Assembly (NCBI GenBank): GCA_951406725.2
Contig: OX597824.1
Span: forward strand, 93,062,001 to 93,126,000
Length of the DNA: 64,000 nucleotides
Origin: Octopus vulgaris
Taxonomy: Eukaryota
Direction of reading: 5' to 3'
In this document: positions 55,140 to 64,000 of the stretch, piece by piece
How the letters are laid out: every line of letters begins with the position of its first letter
Position numbering within the stretch: the stretch's first letter is position 1
The notes under the pieces: model-generated
What the model was told of the DNA's origin: nothing
What the model saw: the letters and a program-made list of their open reading frames with translations, nothing else
The model's database searches: none
Program-made: the position numbers and the translations under genes

Positions 55140-55637
55140 AGCCTTTACGATCATTTACATTTCAACATGAATTCCAACGCTGCTCCAATATGGTTGTAAG
55201 CATAATATTTTGATGAATTGCAGTAACTACGTGAAGTCTTCACAATATACCTTGATTAGACGTGTTCTTGTACTACCGAACACACCAGTAACCATTCCGT
55301 CAGGATGTTAATGCACGTTTAACTAACCACTTCTTATTTCCGATGTAATATGAAACACTAACTTCACAAATGAAGCCAGCGAAACCCTAAATGTACAGAG
55401 TTTGGTTGAAAATTTCAGAGCTGAACTCATTAGTAAAATATTGTGCGCAGCGTTTGTTTTTTTTTTGTTTTTTGTTGCTCCTGCTGTTTTTTTTGGGGTT
55501 TTTTTGTAGTTGTTTTTGACTCAGGTAAGATAAGTTTGAAATGAAATATACGTACTAATATATCTACTTGGTTTTTCTCTCGCTTGGCTTTGTGTTTTTT
55601 AGATTATTCATTTTATTATATTTATTTAAGTAATTTA

Positions 55638-55710
<73 letters not shown>

Positions 55711-55726
55711 ATCTATCTATCTACAA

Positions 55727-55758
<32 letters not shown>

Positions 55759-55762
55759 ATAC

Positions 55763-55920
<158 letters not shown>

Positions 55921-56161
55921 TTTTGTTTAATGGTAATTTTTACTCGAGCTAAGATTTTCGAAATCTGGGAAACGCTAAAGGCGGCTGAAATGTAAATACA
56001 CTTCTAAGACTGCTTTATTGGATATAATTACTTTGATGATGAAAAATGGCGATGGCGACGATGACGTCGACGACGACGATGGTGGTGGTAATGATCTTTA
56101 GAATGATGACGAAATTCCAAGATTAACAATTACAATTACAATGATGATGATGATGATGATG

Positions 56162-56231
<70 letters not shown>

Positions 56232-56317
56232 TAATAATTATATTGATAATAATAACAATAACGATGATAATAATAATAATATTAATAATAATAATAATAT
56301 TAATAATAATACTTTAG

Positions 56318-56463
56318 ACATTCACTAGTACAACACAAAAAAATCCCCAAATATATGGCACTCTAGGCATTACAACAACGTGAGCTTCCAACCTGTTCTC
56401 TCTTGAGGGCTCTGGGTGAGACTTGGAGCCAATTTGTACAAATGTAAAGCAAAAGTCAAACAT
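56318..56463 (+). mobile_element. 3' UTR-only copy related to 39660-40160, downstream of a (TAA)n array
   Basis: CTCTTGAGGGCTCTGGGTGAGACTTGGAGCCAATTTGTACAAAT is shared. Confidence 0.7.
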
Positions 56464-56564
56464 AAATCCTTAAATCCTTAAAAATGCTTTAGCCCGAAGG
56501 CCGCGGCCATGCTGGGGCACCACCACTAATAATAATAATTATTATTATAATAACAATAATAATA

Positions 56565-56930
56565 ATAATGATTTATTTTATTTCCTACGAGGGTGAAAGA
56601 TAAGGGGGGCAATGTAGAGACATATATCAAATGTGGTTTTTTTTATATATAATAATGAAACGATTTAAAAAAGTATATAGTGGGAAAGAAAGGACATATG
56701 CATAGTATACAGAATGAAAACACAAATAAAGTGGTGGGGTAGAAGGATGATAGAGGCGAGGCCCTCGTGATACAGGAACGTCTCTAGGGATAATCGAGGA
56801 ACCCAACTGTCCGAGATATCCAGGAATTTCCAGGAACACTCATAGGTCTACACTTAGATAGGTACCATCCGTTCTTGCCATTTCGCAACTTCCACTCACT
56901 TTCCGCTAAATTCACTCGAGGCCAGCACTT
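56565..56930 (-). mobile_element. Probable L1/Tx1-like LINE 3' end
   Basis: Shares CTCGGACAGT...GATTATC...GAGACGTTCCTGTATCA and a CCCTYGTRG...AATAAA end with 39300-39575. Clade assignment is an impression from the degraded C-terminal translation. Confidence 0.45.
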
Positions 56931-57592
56931 CGCTCTCCACAATTTTTTAATTGCCGCACAAGACCAAAGCCTCCCCACCAGAAATTACCGAAAACATTTA
57001 ATGAAAAGAAACATAACAAGCAACTGCAGAATATGTGGAGATGGACAAGAAACAATAAGTCATATTGTCTCTGGCTACCCAGTCCTGGCTAAGAAGGAAT
57101 ATATTCGCAGACATGACAGAGTTGGGACCTACATACACTGGAAGCTATTCCAACTTTATGGAATAACAACAGAAAAAAAGATGGTATAGGCACACACCAG
57201 AAAAGGTCACAGAAAACGAGAAAGCAACCATACTCTGGGATATGCTAGTACACACAGATAGAGAAATTAAGGCCAACAGGCCTGGTAATAGTTGTCAGAG
57301 ATCATGAAGAAAAATTGCTTTCTAATTGATGTATCAGTACCAGCATATGACAACGTTTCTCTAAAAGAAATGGAGAAACTTTCAAAATACAAAGACTTCG
57401 AAATAGAGGTAGCTCGAATGTGGAATCTAAATACAGAAACAATTCCTCTCATAGTTGGCATATTAGGTATGATAAAAAGATATTCAGACAAATACATAAC
57501 AAATATACCAGGACTTTCACATAAATACAACATACACAAAAATTGCTCTACTTGGCACTGAACACATCCTACGCAAAACTCTTTCAACACGG
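56930..57592 (+). pseudogene. R4/Dong-clade LINE C-terminal fragment (zinc knuckle + restriction-like endonuclease), frameshifted
   Basis: LIAAQDQSLPTRNY, CRICGDGQETISHIVSG, YIRRHDRV, ILWD, ANRP, LIDVSVP, KEMEKLSKYKD, PLIVGILG across two ORFs. Confidence 0.85.
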
Positions 57593-57639
57593 TAACCTTT
57601 CACAAAGGTAAACAGTCAAGACGAAGATGGCGATTCGAT

Positions 57640-58400
57640 TGTTATATATTTTAATAGTTAAACGATATTTCAACAGTACGTCTGTCTGTCAAGTTCAAAA
57701 TAAGAAGTGATAAAAATTCAAAATTACAGAAATTTAAACGTAAAGTATGAACGTGAGCAAGCATCGTCTACACGTTGATGGAATTACATCATCAGTTTTT
57801 AAGTTACAATTTTATAACAGGAGAGAAGGAAAAACACAGAAAAAAGAAAACGACAGAAAATGGAAAGAAAAAGAGAGAAGGAAGAATATTTAATCAAACA
57901 GTTTTGTATAAATTTGATGATATTCTCCTGTCCTCTTATTCATTCCTCGAGGGCGTGATGTTAATAATCCGCAAACATATTTCTCTTCATACATTCTGAG
58001 AAGAAGAGAAATTGAAGCAGATTCAGAATATTTTCTAAGAATATGCACTTTCAAATCTTCTTCAGAATTGCAGCCGCTTGAAACGAAATGTTCAGCAAGT
58101 TCTGTCGAACTACTGTTATTGTGCCTGACGTCGAATCTTTGCCCATCAAAACTTGTGTTTAATTGTTCTGTTGTACAACCAACATAAATTGTCTTTCGTG
58201 CAATCTGCAGCATACACCAAATGGGAATCTTTACATGTTCCACCTTCTGTATAAATCATAACATTTCTGTTATGATTTCTGATGGAATTACTTCACACAT
58301 GTTGTTGCACAATGAACAGGGCTTACCTCGCTTGCGGCTGTTCTTTATGGTACAGCATATAGACTCCAGTGTTCGTTTTCTTGTAGTCAGATATAGAGCT
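57640..58400 (-). pseudogene. Penelope-like element GIY-YIG endonuclease remnant with 3' region
   Basis: KPCSLC, then (frameshifted) LVYAADC / YVGCTTEQLN...LAEHF...EEKYV...PRGMN, the layout of PLE GIY-YIG domains. Confidence 0.7.
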
Positions 58401-58434
58401 CAATAATTATTTTGTAATCTTATTCCGTCTAAAG

Positions 58435-58992
58435 GCTACAATAGGCTGCTGAGGAAATATCGTTTCAAACAGATATTTTGTACGAACAGAAACCTGAAGT
58501 TATGGTCGAAAATAGAAATGCAATTATCCTGTGGGAATCTCTGATTCAGTGCCACCATGAGAGAGAAAATGGGAAGCCAGACATAGTCTTAATTGAGAAT
58601 GAAAGCAAACAATGCTGGATCATAGATATATCATGCCCAGCTGACAACAAGTTATGCGATAAGGAAGGAAGAAAGATCGAGAGATATGACAGGTTAGCTT
58701 GGGAAGTTAAGCAGTTGTGGTCGATGAAAAAAAGTAAGCAGTAGTACCGATAATTGTCGGAGCCCTAGGAACAGTGAGCGAAAATCTAGAGAAGTACGTG
58801 GAACAAATAGGGGCTGCTATAAGGGTGGAGCACTTTCAGAAAACAACACTGCTCGGAACCGCTCGAATCCTCCGAAAGGTACCCGAAAAATAAGAGGTGT
58901 TACATTAGTTCAATGGTAATGAACAGCTGACACCGCAGTACATCTCGAGCATTAGAATCTATGCAAAGGCAATAATAGTAATAATAATGATA
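58435..58992 (+). pseudogene. R4/Dong-clade LINE 3' fragment (second family) with TAA-like tail
   Basis: ILWE...KPDIVLIE...IIDISCP...KIERYDRL, then after a frameshift VPIIVGALG...LLGTARILRKV, 3' UTR and AATAATAGTAATAATAAT. Confidence 0.85.
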
Positions 58993-60256
58993 ATTTCGCT
59001 ATTGGCCACAAGGGTCGAACAGAAAACAAATAAGGGAAATATAGTTCAAGTAACAAATGGAGTGTTGAACTATGTCATGTATACATTAAGTAACAAAATC
59101 AATTAACAAAATAATTTCACAATCAAAATTCCCGCAAATGTGGGGGGGGGGATCCTCACAAGAACAACCGGAGAACCCCAAACATCCGGATTATACCGAC
59201 CACTCGATGCACCTCAGTAGATGCCTCTCTCCTTTTCAACTCCCCCGGTTTACAAGCGAAAGTTCTACAAATGAGACCCCCCCCATAAAAAAAACAACGC
59301 TGGCTCTGTGACAAAAATATTTAAAACTGATATTTACAAAGGTTGTCCTATGGTTGACCAGTACAATGTTCCCTCACCATGTTTCTGTTATTTTTTTATT
59401 TGGTTACATGGTTCATTATTCGGAAGTCAGAAGTTCAAATCATCCCACAGACACATGCTCAGTAAACGAAACGACGCTTATCTAGATTTCTGTTAATATT
59501 CATGTCAATAATATAATCAACGCTGCTTATTTTTTAACAACCAGCCTTCAAGATAGTTATTATATATTCTCATGAGAGGAAAATGTAAACTAGATAAAAG
59601 AAATAGAATAACAAAATAAAAAAGTTTTACTTCAGATCGATCAAAAACGAGATTAAATGTATTAAGAAAAAATAAAGATATTCACGTTAAAATAATTTTA
59701 TATTGAACAAATTCCGTAAAATCCTATGAAAATTTATGTTAATTTAGTTTTTTTATGGCATGTTTTCGTATTAGCATTCATTCAGATTCGATTTTTTCTC
59801 ATTGCTTGAAGAATTTTACTATCTCTAATGTCAACGTTGAGGTTGAACATGTCACATTGGCGTTGAAGAAAAGTGATATGAAACATAACGTGGCATACGA
59901 CACCCACCTAACTTGTATAACTCACTTCTGTCTTCAATTTTTCCCTGTGGGTCAGACACACTCTTGCTCTGTCTGTCTTTCTCCATCTCCATTTCTAGCT
60001 CTCCATCTCTCCTTCGCTAACTAACTATTTATCTGTCTATCCTTCATTCTCTCTCACTCTCTCTCTCTCATTAGCTCTTTGTCTTTGTATTTCATATATA
60101 TTCATATCTGTCTCTCTCCCTCTCTTTCACTCTCTCATTATATATGTACGTGTGTGTATGTGTGTATGTGTGTATGCGCGCCAGTGTGTGAGTGTGTGAG
60201 AGTGTGAACGCATGTATACACACATATATATTATATACATTTATGGATATATATAT

Positions 60257-60293
60257 GATGGATTTGGTAGACGGAAAGTGAAAGAAGCCCGTC

Positions 60294-60362
<69 letters not shown>

Positions 60363-60476
60363 GGGGTGTGTGAGAGTGTGAACGCATGTATACACACACA
60401 TATATTATATACATTTATGGATATATATATGATGGATTTGGTAGACGGAAAGTGAAAGAAGCCCGTCGTATATATG

Positions 60477-60557
<81 letters not shown>

Positions 60558-60790
60558 TTGTGTGTGTTTGTGTGTGTGTGTGTTTGTGTGTGTGTGTATT
60601 TGTGTGTCTGTGTTTGTCTCCCCAACATCGCTTGACAACTGACGCTGGTGTGTAACTTAGCAGTTCGGCACAAGGGACCGATAGAATAAGTACTAAGCTT
60701 ACAAAGAATAAGTCCTGGGGTCGATTTGCTCGACTAAAGGTGGTGCTCCAGCATGGCCACAGTCAAACGACTCAAACATGTAAAAGAGTA
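60257..60790 (+). mobile_element. SINE family C, 5'-truncated, junction duplicated
   Basis: TGGATTTGGTAGACGGAAA occurs twice 174 bp apart; tail GGTGGTGCTCCAGCATGGCCACAGTCAAACGACTC. Confidence 0.8.
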
Positions 60791-60891
60791 TGTGGAATAT
60801 TGAAAATTTACAAAAATAATATCATGAAAAATTAGAAAAAAATTTAGTAGTTATCGAGGCCTGTAGCCGGACTCATTGGCTAAATGTAAGT

Positions 60892-60928
<37 letters not shown>

Positions 60929-61226
60929 AATATCCGATTTACGGCTTCACCGTGGATAGAGGAATTGGAATATTTATCCATGGGGGATTGTAAAACAGCT
61001 CGTAGACATCTGAAAATATGTAACGCTTCTGAAGATCAAAGCTATGATATGTTTTTATTATCCAAAATATAAAATAGATATGCTTGGTACTGTCCATAAA
61101 ACCGGTAGAAAACAGACATGTGTGTGTGTGTATGTATGTATACAAATATAATGACGCATATATTGAGATATAGGTATACAAAAAATTACAAAAACATGTA
61201 TACATATACACATACATACGCGTACA

Positions 61227-61300
<74 letters not shown>

Positions 61301-61533
61301 CAAATTAGTGAAGTTTTCAAATTGAACTTAGTTCAATTTGAAAACTCCACCAGAATGGACATAAGCGCTCATATATGATATATGATGTATAAAAACATGT
61401 AATATACAAATAAATATCTGTAAATATAAAACCATCCGAATTTCTGAGTACCTCATTTCTTCTATTATAAAATACCTGTACATCATCTCCAAACCTTCTA
61501 ATATATATATATATATATAAATATCTATCTATC

Positions 61534-61567
<34 letters not shown>

Positions 61568-62001
61568 TACATACATACATACATACATACATACATACGT
61601 ACATACATACATACATACATACACACATACACACATACATACATACATACATACATACATACATACATACATACATACATACATACATACATACATACAT
61701 ACATACATACATACACACATACAAGGTTAAGTCAAAACTTATTCGCGCTCTTGATTCTCTCATCTATTAAAACAGAAGCACTGTTTGAAAAATGGCATCA
61801 TTTTTTGCCATAGTCTCTCTGCTTTTCGATGTACTCCTTGCTATTGTTCACAAGCTTGGTTATTCCATCGCACGGCTGGTTGCGCAGCCTTTTCGCTTTT
61901 TCGCCTGGTCCACATCGATGAACACGTAAACGATGTTTTAGCGATCCAAAGAAATGATAATATACGTAGTCATGTATCTATCTATGTATGCATGTATATA
62001 T

Positions 62002-62234
62002 ATATTTCTTTTACTGCCCACAAGGCTAAACATAGAGGGGATAAACAAGGACAGACAAAGGGATTAAGTCGATTACATCGATCCCAGTGCGTAACTGGTA
62101 CTTTATTTATCGACTCCGAAACGATGCAAGGCAAAGTCGACATCGGCGGAATTTGAACTCAGAACGTAACGGCAGACGAAATACGGCTACGCATTTCGCC
62201 CGACGTGCTAACGTTTCTGCCAGCTCACCGCCTT
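62002..62234 (-). mobile_element. SINE family B monomer
   Basis: Complete head, core and CCTTGTGGGCAGTAAAGAAATA tail. Confidence 0.85.
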
Positions 62235-63675
62235 ATATGTATGCATGTATATATATATGTATGGAAAGTGGGACATGTGGCATGCACATGTGGATCGATT
62301 GCTGGTTGAGTAGATGCATAATTATTGATGTTGCTCAGTGTGTGTAGTGGACTCATTTGGACTAGAGTTAAGAGGTATTATATTATATCATATCTGAAAC
62401 TGCTTGCACAATTTTCTCGTTTATTTCTAATTTACCGCCGTTTAATTCTAAATCTATGTATCTCCTGGCTCCCACTTTTCGTTTAACCCCAAATCAATCC
62501 AAACGAGCAAACTTATAGGAAAGACTCTTCTACACCACGTGATCCATCTTGTCAATTGTATGTGGAACACTGTTATATGACATCCGCTCTCTTTTCTGAA
62601 TACGCTTGGGTGTGATTTGAGAAACATTTGCTCCCCATTTCTAGCAGTTTGTGCAACCAAGTAGAGGATAATTCTTTAGATCTTTCCTTTCATCTTCGAT
62701 AAAATGAATACAAATTGCCGTAGATGTTCTTAATGGATAGATTGATCTCTGCTATGAATGGTCCCGATCCTATACATAAATCGTTATAGCATTTCGCACT
62801 ACATTGACTTACACATCTATTTATATTTTCTGATCATAAACAGGCAGAAGCACAATTTATAGTCACTCTGTTCCCAGGGACAGTCCTAAGGGATGATTTA
62901 ATTACCAAATAAAAGCTTGCGCTCAGATTGTTAATATGTACCTAATTTCACCGTACGCCAAATTTTAACTTCTCACCTCATAACTCCTGTTCTATTCTAG
63001 ACATACACTTCTCTTGCTAGTCATTATAACACATGTACTTTACTATATCACTATAATAGATTACATTACTACCCAGAAACATGATTCAACAAATGCGCCT
63101 CTACGTAGTCGCTTAACTTACCATGAATAGCAGCCAAGTCTCCCTCAAATTTCATTCCACCACCTTAAAAAGTAACATGCCAAATAATAGGAGAGTATTG
63201 TAGTTCGCTTGAAGCATTGTGTATTGTTCGTAAAATTGAAGACACACTATATTTTAGGGCATGTAATGTTCTCCCATTTAGAATCATGACTATTATCCTT
63301 GGGTCGAGCTTGCTGATGTTAATGGAGATTTGCTTGAAAATTTACGTTTCTCACACGATGAACCCATTAACGTAATAATTCAGATTAGCGTGGCTTAATC
63401 TCGGCGATCAGAAGTTAACCGGTGTTTCTAAAGTGATGTGTCCGACAAACAACGAATATTTTAAACTCAGGATTTTCATAACTCAAAATCACTTTGATCA
63501 TACAACCACTTGATACCAGTAGCTCCGATAATAGGCATCAAAAACAACTGCATTACACCACCTTATGAAATATTTTCAATTAATCTTGCGAATTTAACTT
63601 CTTTTCTGTATTCGTCAATAAATGATGTACCAGCAGAGTATTGTCAACAACGTGAATTAGATTGCTTCCTGGTGA

Positions 63676-63870
63676 AATGCCTAGCTGTATTTCACCGCTA
63701 GGTATTTCGCCTCTCCTTAAGTTCTAATTTCAAATTCCACCGAGGTCGACTTTGTCTTTCATCCTTTCGTGGTCGATATATTAAAAACCAGTTACGTACT
63801 AGGGTTGATCTAATCGACTGACCCCTTCCCCCAAAAGTCCGTGCTTTGTGCCTAGAGTAGAAAAGAATTA
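63676..63870 (+). mobile_element. SINE family B, alternative tail
   Basis: Core GTCGACTTTGTCTTTCATCCTTTCG; tail GTGCCTAGAGTAGAAAAGAAT resembles the 16596 copy. Confidence 0.7.
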
Positions 63871-64000
63871 GGCAACTTCTAGCAAAAGAGTTTGCCTTAT
63901 GCCAACTTTAGGTGGTATGATGAGAGTAAGACGTCCCCTTGCGAGAGATAAACTGGTCTGAGTAAAGTATAACGATCAACGAACCGAGTGAGGTTCAGGG

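Overview
AT-rich, extremely microsatellite-dense eukaryotic non-coding DNA. The SINE and repeat content looks like an octopus (coleoid cephalopod) genome; this is inferred from repeat recognition and not verified. I found no confidently recognisable host protein-coding gene. Nearly all supplied ORFs are translations of (TA)n, (CA)n, (TATG)n, (TCTA)n or (ATT)n repeats. The only long real reading frame is an uninterrupted but 5'-truncated APE-endonuclease/reverse-transcriptase ORF of a CR1/L2-group LINE (47384-50299, minus strand). The rest is layered mobile DNA: at least four tRNA-derived SINE families, 3' fragments of R4/Dong-type RLE LINEs sitting in (TAA)n or (CATA)n repeats, Tx1-like 3' ends, a Penelope GIY-YIG remnant, a Gypsy 3' end with PPT and LTR, mariner/hAT/pogo MITEs and a Helitron end. 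The most notable observations are: (1) an intron-containing pre-tRNA-Met copy fused to the 3' tail of the resident LINE family, a candidate proto-SINE or template-switch chimera; (2) one LINE 3' recognition motif present in four contexts with compensatory stem-loop changes; (3) minimal hammerhead-like motifs with covarying stem I; (4) strand-consistent, microsatellite-specific RLE insertions, one flanked by a 48-bp direct repeat. All alignments were made by eye, so boundaries are approximate unless a TSD or TIR is quoted.
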